A stretch of 32,847 bases of DNA from Desulfobacterales bacterium. GTDB taxonomy: Bacteria > Desulfobacterota > Desulfobacteria > Desulfobacterales > SURF-7. Positions within the stretch are counted from its first letter, which is position 1; the number at the start of each line of letters is the position of its first letter. Positions 1-9,891 of the stretch are shown in pieces. The notes under the pieces are model-generated. The model was not told the origin of the DNA. It saw nothing but the letters and a program-made list of their open reading frames with translations, and did no database searches. The translations under genes were made by a program, and so were the position numbers. The DNA lies in NCBI GenBank assembly GCA_030145525.1, contig JAQYVL010000047.1:1-32847 (forward strand), read 5' to 3'.

Positions 1-573
1 TGATGTCGTTTGAAAGCAGGGCCGATGAATTGAATGGAGAATAATGGACACGGCATCGACCACATCCATGGTATCCAGATGCAACGTCATGTCATAAAAC
101 CGCTGGTCCCACGTGTCCAGGCCGTAAAGCGACATACTCCATTTGCGCCGCTCGGCATCATCCTTCACCAAAATATGGCGAGCCTGTTCGCTGGAAATAT
201 TTTCACGCTTCATTTCTTCTCTTATCCGGTCTTCCAGATCCGCAATGATGCGTACTTTTATCACATGAGGAATCTTTTGCAAAAAAGAATGCCCGGCCAG
301 GCCATGATAAATCAGATTATCTTTCTCTAACCTTTTTAACAGCGCCGCACGGAAAAAAGCGATGTATCTCTCTTTACCGGAGGTGAACCGATCAAAAACC
401 GAAGGCGCATCATGTATGGCCCTGACCAGTTTTATCTCGGGTATGTTGAATTGCTCAGAAGCCTCGAGAACAATTTCACGGGAAAGGCATTCGTAGTCCA
501 TTGCGGCGGATAGTTTTTCAGCCACTTCCTTACCCCTGCTGTAAGATCCCCTGGAAATAGTCACAATTGTCAT
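1..573 (-). CDS. Cytidylate kinase-like family protein (Cytidylate_kin2), 3' end outside the window; paralog of 685..1518
   Basis: Not in the ORF track. Hand translation from ATG 573 (RBS GAGGAG upstream) gives MTIVTISRGSYSRGKEVAEKLSAAMDYECLSREIVLEASEQFNIPEIKLVRAIHDAPS..., open to position 1 and colinear with the neighbouring gene. Confidence 0.9.
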   Translation of the reverse strand, partial: MTIVTISRGSYSRGKEVAEKLSAAMDYECLSREIVLEASEQFNIPEIKLVRAIHDAPSVFDRFTSGKERYIAFFRAALLKRLEKDNLIYHGLAGHSFLQKIPHVIKVRIIADLEDRIREEMKRENISSEQARHILVKDDAERRKWSMSLYGLDTWDQRFYDMTLHLDTMDVVDAVSIILHSIHRPCFQTTS

Positions 574-684
574 GATGCTCCTCATTGTCCGATACCGGCA
601 TGACCAGCACTATTTGAAACGAATTGATTTTATATTAATCAAGGACTATCGGATAGGCTCAGCCCCTTGCGGTCAGGACGCCCG

Positions 685-1518
685 TTAAATATTATGAAAG
701 GGGTTAACGGCATGACGTTCTTCATTTTTATGCACCGCAACGACCACTTTTTTAACGCCGTCCACTTCTTCTGCAAGTTTTTTTATTTCATTAATGACGT
801 TTTGTTTTGCGGTTACCGGTGCCTCAGCATTCCCAATCATGGCGACGCCGTTATCGGTCGCAACCTTAACTATCGGCGCAATTTTTACCAGCGCTGCTTT
901 TACTTTCGCGGCAAGAAGCGAGTCATCTAAAATCTTTTGGGATTCCGGCGTTGTTTTGAAAACCGGAGTCTGGACAGTCTGATAAATCATTTCAATAGCA
1001 TCTTCCGTCTTTATAGTTTTAATATGCAACACCATATCATACAGCCTGCTGTCCCATGTATCAATGCCATAAAGCTGAAGGCCCCATTTGCGGCGTTCGT
1101 CATCATCCTTTTTCAGAATATAAAGAGCCTTTTCCGCAGAAATATTTTCCCTTAGGATTTCTTCTTTCACGCGCTCCTCCATATCTGCGATAATTCTGAT
1201 TTTGAGAACATGGGGAATATCTGTTAGAAAAAAATGACCGGCCAGGCCGTGGTATACGACATTGTCTTTCTGTACATGCTGGAGTAACGCTTTTTTTATA
1301 TAGGAAATATACCGTTCCTTACCGTGCATGTAGCGTTCAAGCACTGACGGAGAATCGTGGATGGCCCTCACCAGCTTGATTTCCGGGATATTGAATTCTT
1401 TCGATGCTTCCAGCAGGATATCACGGGAAATACACTCATATCCTAATTTTAAAGCCAGTTTTTCGGCCACTTCCTTGCCGCGACTGTAAGAACCTCGGGA
1501 GATAGTGATAATAGCCAT
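685..1518 (-). CDS. Cytidylate kinase-like family protein with a probable C-terminal BON-like domain
   Basis: N-terminal IITISRGSYSRGKEVA, plus VLKIRIIA, DDDERRKW and YDMVLH motifs. C-terminal DDSLLAAKVKAAL...VDGVKKV resembles BON. RBS AAGGAG. Confidence 0.85.
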   Translation of the reverse strand: MAIITISRGSYSRGKEVAEKLALKLGYECISRDILLEASKEFNIPEIKLVRAIHDSPSVLERYMHGKERYISYIKKALLQHVQKDNVVYHGLAGHFFLTDIPHVLKIRIIADMEERVKEEILRENISAEKALYILKKDDDERRKWGLQLYGIDTWDSRLYDMVLHIKTIKTEDAIEMIYQTVQTPVFKTTPESQKILDDSLLAAKVKAALVKIAPIVKVATDNGVAMIGNAEAPVTAKQNVINEIKKLAEEVDGVKKVVVAVHKNEERHAVNPFHNI

Positions 1519-1842
1519 ATAACTCCTTAAATTTATTTAAAATGTTTAAACCATATTAAGCCGGCATGTTTCTGCTTTATTACGGCATTGCCAATACTAT
1601 TATTCAATCAACTATTTTATTGACATTAAACCATCTTTTCCCCATATTTAAAAAACTTCACACAAATTTTTTCGTTTCGGTTTGTTGGGTCTCACCGGAA
1701 GTACACCAACAAAAAATGAATTACTCAGCTAATACCAATTGTAAGAATCACAATCAAGAATTCTTTTTTTTCGGCGGGGTTATCATGGCCTGTCGTTTGA
1801 TAATGAGTTAAGACGCGCTTATTTTTTCACAAAGGAGGTGTG

Positions 1843-2301
1843 ATGTCAAAAGTAATTCATACGTCTCATATCACCATTACCCCGGAAGAGGGGCCAACCC
1901 GAAAAGCAATGATCAAAGGTTTTTCCGAGCCTGTTTTTTACGGCGTTCATGGCGGAATAAAAAAATTTTACGGATTGGAACCGAAAAAGGAGCATGCTGC
2001 TACCCTTGATCACATTATTGGAGGAGTCGGCGGGTGAATGATGGGAACTCTGGCGGCGGTGCTTGCCGGTAAAAAAATTGTAACATCTCAAGATCGATAC
2101 CATGCGGAAGTTAAAGGTGACATCGAGAATGTTGATGGCGTGCTGAAAATTACCAGCATTCATGTTAACTATTTTTTAAAGGTGAATCGTGAGCAGGAAA
2201 AAGATGCGGAAGATGCCCTGAATACATATCTTCCTTTTTGTCCGGGGGCACAAAGTGTGATCGGCTGTATAAAAATCAATCACGAAATCACTTTTACCTG
2301 A
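1843..2301 (+). CDS. OsmC/Ohr-like protein with selenocysteine (UGA 2035-2037, residue 65 of 152)
   Basis: RBS AAGGAGGT 1832-1839, ATG 1843. The two track ORFs are in the same frame and separated only by one TGA: TLDHIIGGVGG-U-MMGTL matches the OsmC first-Cys helix, and CPGAQS is the second Cys motif. A SECIS-like hairpin follows. Confidence 0.85.
2050..2069 (+). promoter_or_regulatory. Candidate bacterial SECIS element
   Basis: CUGGC-GGC-[GGU]-GCU-U-GCCGG: 8-bp stem with a bulged U and a G-initiated GGU apical loop, with 20 nt between the UGA and the loop. Confidence 0.7.
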
Positions 2302-2346
2302 ATCTGCCGGGAAAGAGTTGAAAAAGAAAGCAACTGAACCGAAACG

Positions 2347-3273
2347 ATGATTATTGAAAAACGAAATCGAAAAAGCATCCTGACAGTCTATATAGGATTG
2401 GCTGCAAATTTCATTTTAGCTATCCTGAAAACGAGTATCGGTATTCTGGGGCATAGCCCTGCCTTACTCGCCGACGGCATCAATTCCACATCTGATGTCG
2501 CATACGGGATTGTTGTGAGTATATTTATTCGCCTTTCAGGAAAGCCGCCTGATGAAGATCACCCCTATGGTCATGACCAGATGGAAAGTGTCGCTGCCCT
2601 TGTTGTGGGCTCGTTTGTAATAACCACAGCCATTGCCATTTTCTGGAATTCAATTAACAGTGTGTATGATCTTTATATAGGGGAAGGTGATTTCAGCGGC
2701 GCCACGATTACCGCATTATGGGTCGCCTTGTTCACTGTGGCGGCAAAATTGTTGCTGACGATTTGGACACTGAAAGTAGGGCGGCAGACTCAAAACTCAG
2801 CCATACTTGCTCTGGCTTTTGATCATCGAAACGACATATTCTCAGCCATGGCTGCCTCTATCGGCATTTTTTTCGGCCGGTTCGGCTATCCCTGGGTTGA
2901 CCCTATGGCCGGAGCAATTGTTTCGATGATCATCCTGGGAACGGGCATTGAGATTTTACGCGAATCAACGGCAGATTTGATGGATACGCTGCCGGGCAAA
3001 ACCCTTGCACAACAAATTGCCGGCTTCTTGAATTCCATCCAAGGCGTAAAAGAAATAGAAGAGATCCATGCTCACCGATTCGGACCATATCTGGTTGCTA
3101 ATGTCACAATCGGCGTGGACGGTTTTCTAAGTGTAGCCGAAGGTGATAAAATTGCCACACTGGTAGAAGATATCCTGATCGAAAATATTGATCTTATGCG
3201 TAAGGTCCACGTTCATTACCATCCTGTAGCCACAACCGAAGAGATTCCAATCGTATTCCCCGGCAAAGTATGA
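2347..3273 (+). CDS. Cation diffusion facilitator (FieF/YiiP-like) transporter
   Basis: SPALLADGINSTSD, PPDEDHPYGH, DHRND and WVDP motifs, six hydrophobic segments, C-terminal VHVHYHP. Confidence 0.93.
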   Translation: MIIEKRNRKSILTVYIGLAANFILAILKTSIGILGHSPALLADGINSTSDVAYGIVVSIFIRLSGKPPDEDHPYGHDQMESVAALVVGSFVITTAIAIFWNSINSVYDLYIGEGDFSGATITALWVALFTVAAKLLLTIWTLKVGRQTQNSAILALAFDHRNDIFSAMAASIGIFFGRFGYPWVDPMAGAIVSMIILGTGIEILRESTADLMDTLPGKTLAQQIAGFLNSIQGVKEIEEIHAHRFGPYLVANVTIGVDGFLSVAEGDKIATLVEDILIENIDLMRKVHVHYHPVATTEEIPIVFPGKV

Positions 3274-3333
3274 TATATGCTCCAGAAATACTGAACTTTA
3301 TAAAATCTCCGATCTGATGAAAGAGTTTAAAAA

Positions 3334-4749
3334 GTGTCCCCTATTGAAAATATGCTGTCCAAATGGATAGCCCCTGTGAAGGATGCCATGCCGCCTCTGT
3401 ATCTTGTTGGCGGTGCTGTGCGGGATCATCTCCTTTCCAGGCAAATAAAAGACATTGATCTGGCCTGTGGCAACCCGGAAAAGGCCGCTGCAATTCTGGC
3501 AAAATATCACAAAGCTGCAATTGTACCTCTGGGGAGGGGGAAAAAAACGGTTTGCCATCGTGTGGTTAACCGGAAAAACACGGATGATTTTCTTGATGTT
3601 GTTGAACTTCAGAACGGATCAATAGAAAATGATCTTAAGATGCGGGATTTTACAATAAACGCCATCGCAATTCAAATCACAAAACAAGGCAAATTAGGCC
3701 GAGTTATTGATCCTCTGGCCGGTATGCATGACCTTAAACATAATTCAATCCGTATTACCGGCCCGGATGTTTTCAAATCCGACCCATTGAGAACCCTGCG
3801 AGCCTTTCGTTTTGCTGCTGAACTCAAATTCACGATTGAAGAGTTTACCATCAGGTCAATCAGAGAAAACTGTCTACTGCTTTCTGAAATATCTGCCGAA
3901 CGCATCCTGGTAGAACTTCTAAACCTGCTCAAAACAAATCCGGCAGCTTCAAGTATTCGCATGATGGACGAACTGGGACTTCTTGAAGTTATATTTCCAG
4001 AGATCAGGACAATGAAGAACTGCCTTCAGAATGGATTTCATCATCTGGATGTCTGGAATCACTCCCTGGCCGTACTTGAAACGTGTGAATATATTGCAGC
4101 CAATTTGAAAAACTATTTTTCAGAGGCATCACGGCATGTAGAGGATAACCTTAGTGAAGGCAATCGACTTCCTCTGATGAAAATGGCAGCGCTGCTCCAC
4201 GATGTAGGAAAACCCGCAAAAAAAAAGGCCCGCGGAGAATCCCGTGAAATAAATTTTCACGATCATGACAGGGAGGGGGGAAAAATCGCTTCCGCTATCT
4301 CCGTAAGGCTGAAAATGTCCAACCGGGATAGGGAGTTTCTTCGAACAATGATAACAGAACATATGCACATCCTTTATCTTTCAAGACCTGGTGTAAAAGA
4401 AAAAACAATTCTGAAATGGTTCGGAAAGCTGAATGATGATATAATTCCACTCATTATCATTGAGATGGCGGATTCCATGAGTACCCGCGGACCAGCCTCA
4501 AAAAAATCCGAACGGGAAGCTCACCTGGCCTGGTCCAAAAAAATGGTCATGGAGTATTACAGTGAAATCAGAACAAAGTTAAAACGGAAAAATGTTATCA
4601 GCGGGAACGATTTGATCTCACTGGGGATGAAGCCCGGTCCTGAACTGGGACGAGCGCTTGAAAAAATCAGGGAAGCCCAGGATACAGGACGCATCCTGGA
4701 CCGCAGCGCCGGTTTCGCCATGGCTGAAAAACTTGTAAAGAGCCGTTAA
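3334..4749 (+). CDS. Class II tRNA nucleotidyltransferase with HD domain, probably CC-adding type
   Basis: YLVGGAVRD..DIDL, RDFTINAIA, DPLRTLRAFRF, SAERILVEL, HHLDVWNH...LLHDVGK. The flexible loop before motif B is missing. Start codon uncertain. Confidence 0.9.
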   Translation: MSPIENMLSKWIAPVKDAMPPLYLVGGAVRDHLLSRQIKDIDLACGNPEKAAAILAKYHKAAIVPLGRGKKTVCHRVVNRKNTDDFLDVVELQNGSIENDLKMRDFTINAIAIQITKQGKLGRVIDPLAGMHDLKHNSIRITGPDVFKSDPLRTLRAFRFAAELKFTIEEFTIRSIRENCLLLSEISAERILVELLNLLKTNPAASSIRMMDELGLLEVIFPEIRTMKNCLQNGFHHLDVWNHSLAVLETCEYIAANLKNYFSEASRHVEDNLSEGNRLPLMKMAALLHDVGKPAKKKARGESREINFHDHDREGGKIASAISVRLKMSNRDREFLRTMITEHMHILYLSRPGVKEKTILKWFGKLNDDIIPLIIIEMADSMSTRGPASKKSEREAHLAWSKKMVMEYYSEIRTKLKRKNVISGNDLISLGMKPGPELGRALEKIREAQDTGRILDRSAGFAMAEKLVKSR

Positions 4750-5017
4750 AAAATTCACCTTAACAAAATCGAAAGAATTAATATTTTTTTCATCTAATAG
4801 GGTGTGAACCTGATTTTTATAACAAATTTCAATGGTTCGTCAAAAATAACGCACAAGTTACCGGGAAATTCGGCCTTTGACAAATTCATAATATAACGTT
4901 ATCTACAATGCAAAATACAATTTAATTCGGACGCTATTCATAAAGGAACTAGAGATTTTCGTTATCGGAAAATCTTTTTTTTTCGATTTTTCGATAACAG
5001 TGTAAAAGGAGAAACGC

Positions 5018-5956
5018 ATGATCCGTGTGGAAAACCTGACAAAGTATTACAATGAATTTTGCGCGGTGGATCAGATCAACCTTCACATACGGAAGGGAGA
5101 AATTTTAGGGCTCTTAGGACCGAACGGAGCCGGAAAAACCACCGTTCTCAGGATGCTGACAGGTTTTTTTCTGCCAACTTCGGGTGACATCCATATCAAA
5201 GAGTATTCGATTCGAGAGGATTCCCTTGATATCAAAAGGCTGCTGGGATATCTGCCGGAATCAGCACCCCTGTACCACAGCATGCTGGTATACGACTACC
5301 TGGACTACGTGGCAAACATTAGGGGCATCAGGCCAGACAAAAAAATTTCAAGGCTTAGAAAACTGTCTGAACTGTGCGGCTTAAGCGGTATTATGCACAG
5401 GCCCATCAGCGAGCTCTCAAAGGGACTGAAACAGCGTGTAGGCATTGCCCATGCCATGATGAGTGATCCGGAGATACTGATTCTGGACGAGCCGACTTCA
5501 GGGCTTGATCCGAATCAAATCGTCGAAATCAGGGAAATTATACGCCGGATCGGAAAGGAAAAAACCATTATCCTTTCAACTCACATACTCAGTGAGGCAG
5601 AGGCTACCTGCGATAGAGTCGTAATCATCAATAAGGGAAAAATCGTGGCCGACGGAAGTACGGAATCACTTAAACTGACGGGTAATAGGGACAATGTGAT
5701 CAACATTTCCCTCCTTAATGCTGATGAAAATGAAGTCAAAAAAGAATTTGATTCCATTGATGGTATTAAAGAAATCAGTACGGTAAATACGGACGATCCG
5801 GAAATGCTGAGCCTCCGACTTACCTGCAGGAGCACTGATGACCTTCGGAGATCAATTTACCGGAGAATAAAGCTGAAAGACTGGATTCTGATGGAATTTC
5901 ATCAGGAAAGAAAGTCATTAGAAAACATATTCCGCGAACTGACCAAGGAGAATTGA
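5018..5956 (+). CDS. ABC transporter ATP-binding protein (GldA-like)
   Basis: Walker A GPNGAGKT, signature LSKGLKQR, Walker B ILDEPTSGLDP, STH switch. Confidence 0.95.
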   Translation: MIRVENLTKYYNEFCAVDQINLHIRKGEILGLLGPNGAGKTTVLRMLTGFFLPTSGDIHIKEYSIREDSLDIKRLLGYLPESAPLYHSMLVYDYLDYVANIRGIRPDKKISRLRKLSELCGLSGIMHRPISELSKGLKQRVGIAHAMMSDPEILILDEPTSGLDPNQIVEIREIIRRIGKEKTIILSTHILSEAEATCDRVVIINKGKIVADGSTESLKLTGNRDNVINISLLNADENEVKKEFDSIDGIKEISTVNTDDPEMLSLRLTCRSTDDLRRSIYRRIKLKDWILMEFHQERKSLENIFRELTKEN

Positions 5957-5957
5957 C

Positions 5958-6662
5958 ATGCGGCAGGTAACCCATATATTCAATAAAGAGTTTAAAGACT
6001 ATTTTATATCACCCATTGCCTATATCGTCATATCTGTCTTTCTTCTGGTAACAGGGTGGTTATTTTTTTCAACCTTTTTTCTGTACAACCAGGTTACCCT
6101 CAGAAACTTTTTTTCGCTCCTTCCTCTTATTTTTTCCTTTGTAATACCGGCTATTACCATGCGCCTTTTTTCCGAAGAGCTGAACATCGGATCATATGAA
6201 ATTCTTCTCACCATGCCGGTAACCTTCAAAGATGTAATTTTAGGAAAGCTGCTTGCGGGAGTAGCCATGGTGGCAGCCATGCTGCTGCCGACCGTTGCCT
6301 ACGCCATTACCGTCGCTTTCCTGGGAGAGCTCGACTGGGGTCCGGTGATCGGTGGTTACATCGGCGCCATCCTAATGGGATCAGCCTATACAGCTATTGG
6401 TCTTTTTGCTTCATCCCTTACGCGAAACCAGATTATCGCCTTTATTGTCGGGATGGCCATCTGTTTCAGCCTCACACTGATAGACAAGATGCTGTTTCTC
6501 TTTCCGGGATCTTTTCTTGGAGTGATCGGTTACCTTGGAGCGGATTTCCATTTTCAAAACATTTCAAAAGGCATTATCGACTCCAGGGATATCATCTACT
6601 TTCTAAGCGTTGTTTTTATAGGCCTCTACGGAGCACATCTGGCCATGCAGGAAAAGGAATAA
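5958..6662 (+). CDS. ABC-2 permease (GldF-like)
   Basis: KEFKDYFISPIAY, PAITMRLFSEE..GSYEILLT, SSLTRNQI and KGIIDSRD motifs; six TM segments; starts 1 nt after the ATPase stop. Confidence 0.92.
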   Translation: MRQVTHIFNKEFKDYFISPIAYIVISVFLLVTGWLFFSTFFLYNQVTLRNFFSLLPLIFSFVIPAITMRLFSEELNIGSYEILLTMPVTFKDVILGKLLAGVAMVAAMLLPTVAYAITVAFLGELDWGPVIGGYIGAILMGSAYTAIGLFASSLTRNQIIAFIVGMAICFSLTLIDKMLFLFPGSFLGVIGYLGADFHFQNISKGIIDSRDIIYFLSVVFIGLYGAHLAMQEKE

Positions 6663-6672
6663 GGAGAATAAC

Positions 6673-8904
6673 ATGGGTAAAATAAGCAGATCCGGAAAAT
6701 ATATCAAATTTTTCATTTATCTAATCGTTATCGTTCTGATCAACATTGCCGGTATGACACTGTTTACCAGGGTTGACCTTACAAACAGTAAAATTTATTC
6801 GATATCCGACGCCAGCAAGGAAGTTGTTGCAACCCTTTCAGAGCCTTTGACCATCAATATTTTCTTTACCAAAAATCTTCCTGCCCCCTATAACAATACC
6901 GAGCAGTATCTTCATGACCTGCTGGAAGAATATGCTATCCATGCGGGTAAATATCACAATTATTTTAATTATCGATTTTATAATATCAGCCCCGAAGGAG
7001 AAGGAGTCGGGGAGAACGTTGAAGAAAATAGAACCCTTGCAAGAAATTATGGAATCAACCCTGTCCAGATCCGCCACTTTGAAAAGGATGAGATTAAATT
7101 CAAGAATGCTTTCATGGGCCTTGTGATCATCCATGGTGACATCATTGAAAAAATTCCGACCATTACTTCTACGGAAGGCCTTGAATACAAGCTGACAACA
7201 TCAATTCAGAAACTGAATAACAAAATCAGTGCGCTTCTCGCTTTAAAGCAAAAAATTCAGATTACACTATACCTGTCTTCATCCATGAAACAGGTAGCGC
7301 CTTTTATGGGCCTGAAAAGCCTCCCCCAATTACCCGAAAAAGTTGAAAAGGCTGTTGAAAAACTGAATTCAAAAAATTACGGCAAGATCGAATTTACATA
7401 TCTCGATCCTTCAGAAGACCCGAAAATTGAAGCGGAAGCAGCGGAACAGAGCCTGATGGCATTGAAATGGCCTGCCATTCCTCAAAAGAATATCGATCCG
7501 GGATCAGGTATTATCGGCCTGACAATGAGGTATGAGAAAAAAATTGTCGATGTCCCTCTTCTCAGTATCATACAGTTTCCGCTTATCGGTACACGATATG
7601 AGCTGATCGACATGGAATCTTTGGAGGAGATTTTAAATGAAAACATTGAAACCCTTATCGATATAAATGAAAATATCGGATTTCTTTCAGATCACGGCGC
7701 GCTGAGCCTTTTCGGAAGCCCGCCGGCAAACCCCATGATGGGGCCACAGGAGGAGGGACTCTCCAATTTCAATTCTCTTGTTTCGCGAAACTATTCATTT
7801 AAAAACATCAGTCTTACAGACGAAAAAATACCGGAAAGCTTGAAATGCATGATCATCGCCGGACCCACGGAGCCGTTTACCGATTATGAGCTGTACCAGA
7901 TTGACCAATATCTGATGCGGGGAAAAAGCCTTGCCGTTATTATGGATAGATTTAAAGAGGTGATGCCGCAGAGACGTCAGACGTTTTCCTTCAACCAGGG
8001 ACCTGCATATGTGCCGATAGATACAGGACTCGAAAAACTGCTGAATCATTATGGGGTTCGAGCAAAAAAATCCTATGTCATGGATGAAAACTGTTACAAA
8101 CAGACCAATGCTCCGCAATTCGGCGGTGGTGAAACGCCGATCTATTTTGCCCCGATTATTCAGCAGGAAAATATCAACCCAGAACCGACCTTTATGAAAA
8201 ACATAAAAGGCCTGATTACGTTGAAAATTTCACCGCTTGAACTTCTGGAAGACCGGATCAAGGCAGGCAATATTAAAGCCACAAACCTGTTTTCCTCATC
8301 AGACAAATCATGGGAAATGAAGGGAAGGATCAGCCTCAATCCAAGATTTATCAGGCCCCCTAAATCCGATGATGAAAAAGAGAGTATGCCCCTTTCCTTT
8401 CTGCTGGAAGGAGAGTTTCAGAGTTATTTTGACGGAAAACCGATCCCTGTGAAAAAAACCGAATCAGACGATGCGGACGAAGACGAAAAGGATATCGAGA
8501 CTATAGGTCCCAAAACCCCTGAAGAAGAAAAGCCGGAGATCGACCTGTCAAAAGTCGAGGGGCAGGGAGGATTTATTGCAAAGAGCAAACCAGCCAAAAT
8601 CTTTATGCTTGCCTCTTCAGATATGCTAAAAAATAATATTCTGGACAGCGAAGGCAAAGGCCCAAATACTACCTTCATCCTGAATGTGATCGACTACCTG
8701 AATAACAGGGAGGACACTGCCCTTATGCGCAGCAAGGAGCAAACGTTGAATCCTTTGTTTGAAACAGATGCTTTGACAAAAACCGCGGTCAAGTATTTCA
8801 ATATTGCCGGACTGCCGGTCCTTGTATCTTTTTTCGGATTTTTTGTGTGGCTCAAGCGACGCTCAAGAAAAAAACAGATCCGGATGATATTTCAGAAAAG
8901 TTAG
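6673..8904 (+). CDS. GldG-family ABC auxiliary protein
   Basis: N-terminal TM followed by RVDLT..KIYSIS, LEYKLTTSI, IIAGP..F...ELYQIDQYLMRG, N..FILNVIDYL; C-terminal TM followed by KRR. Confidence 0.9.
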   Translation: MGKISRSGKYIKFFIYLIVIVLINIAGMTLFTRVDLTNSKIYSISDASKEVVATLSEPLTINIFFTKNLPAPYNNTEQYLHDLLEEYAIHAGKYHNYFNYRFYNISPEGEGVGENVEENRTLARNYGINPVQIRHFEKDEIKFKNAFMGLVIIHGDIIEKIPTITSTEGLEYKLTTSIQKLNNKISALLALKQKIQITLYLSSSMKQVAPFMGLKSLPQLPEKVEKAVEKLNSKNYGKIEFTYLDPSEDPKIEAEAAEQSLMALKWPAIPQKNIDPGSGIIGLTMRYEKKIVDVPLLSIIQFPLIGTRYELIDMESLEEILNENIETLIDINENIGFLSDHGALSLFGSPPANPMMGPQEEGLSNFNSLVSRNYSFKNISLTDEKIPESLKCMIIAGPTEPFTDYELYQIDQYLMRGKSLAVIMDRFKEVMPQRRQTFSFNQGPAYVPIDTGLEKLLNHYGVRAKKSYVMDENCYKQTNAPQFGGGETPIYFAPIIQQENINPEPTFMKNIKGLITLKISPLELLEDRIKAGNIKATNLFSSSDKSWEMKGRISLNPRFIRPPKSDDEKESMPLSFLLEGEFQSYFDGKPIPVKKTESDDADEDEKDIETIGPKTPEEEKPEIDLSKVEGQGGFIAKSKPAKIFMLASSDMLKNNILDSEGKGPNTTFILNVIDYLNNREDTALMRSKEQTLNPLFETDALTKTAVKYFNIAGLPVLVSFFGFFVWLKRRSRKKQIRMIFQKS

Positions 8905-8916
8905 GAAAGGCGAACA

Positions 8917-9891
8917 ATGAAAATGAAAAAGGAATATATCATACTTGCGGCAATCATTGTTGGTTTGTCAGTATATCTTACGATTCACAAATCAGATAAA
9001 GTCCATTATACGCTTCCGGAAATGGCGGAGATCTCCAAAAAGGATATCACCAAAATCGAAATTTCCAAAAAAAATGAACCGATTACACTCATAAGGCAGG
9101 ATGATAAGTGGGTGATCGGTCCTGATGCATATCCGGCGGATTCCGGAAAGGTAGAAAAAATTCTTGATATCATAGATGATCTTTCCCTGACCGCACTTGT
9201 TTCAGAATCGGAAAACTATATTCGCTATGATCTGGGGGAAGATCAGCGAATTCATGTTCGCGCATTCAAAGGTGATGCCCTGAAACGAGAATTCGATATT
9301 GGTAAGGCCGCCCCCTCATTCAGGCACACCTTCATAAGAGTTGAAAAAGATCCCAAAGTTTACCACGCCCGAAAAAACTTTCGATCCCAGTTCGAACAGA
9401 CCGTTGATAATCTGAGGGACAAAACCGTTCTCTCCTTTGACGGAAATGAAATTCAGGAAATAGCCATTGCCAAGGGAGACCGCTCACTTGCTCTTTCAAA
9501 AAAACAGATACCTGTTGAAGTAAAGCCGGACAAGGATTCCGTGAAGCCGGGCAAGGATTCCAAAAAAGAAGAAAAGAGCCGGCCGCCGGAAACCAAAACA
9601 ATCTGGCAGGATGGTGACGGAAAAACCGTTGAAGACACAAAAATAAACAGCCTGCTGTCATCCCTTTCAGGCCTCAAATGTAAAAGTTATCTTCCCGGCA
9701 AAAAAGAGGATCTCAAAGAACCAGTTTATACAGTTCACCTTCGGGGTATAGATGAGCTGTCTCTTTCGATATTTAAAAAAGCCACTGATGAAAGCCGGGA
9801 ATATCCGACAATTTCCTCATGGAACAGTTACGCCTTTGTGCTCGAAGACTCAAAAGCTGATAATATTATGTCGGTTTTCGAAAAAAAATGA
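8917..9891 (+). CDS. DUF4340-like exported or membrane-anchored protein
   Basis: N-terminal anchor, W.I....YPAD...V, IGK.AP and LRDK motifs; usual position after GldG. Confidence 0.8.
   Translation: MKMKKEYIILAAIIVGLSVYLTIHKSDKVHYTLPEMAEISKKDITKIEISKKNEPITLIRQDDKWVIGPDAYPADSGKVEKILDIIDDLSLTALVSESENYIRYDLGEDQRIHVRAFKGDALKREFDIGKAAPSFRHTFIRVEKDPKVYHARKNFRSQFEQTVDNLRDKTVLSFDGNEIQEIAIAKGDRSLALSKKQIPVEVKPDKDSVKPGKDSKKEEKSRPPETKTIWQDGDGKTVEDTKINSLLSSLSGLKCKSYLPGKKEDLKEPVYTVHLRGIDELSLSIFKKATDESREYPTISSWNSYAFVLEDSKADNIMSVFEKK

Noticed and set aside
1561-1577. Sigma54-like CGGCATGTTTCTGC
   Set aside because: Only 9 nt between GG and GC; 10 are required.
1840-2301. Two separate small genes (65 aa and 87 aa), as in the ORF track
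   Set aside because: Same frame, a single TGA at the OsmC catalytic-Cys position and a SECIS-like hairpin make one selenoprotein gene the better explanation.
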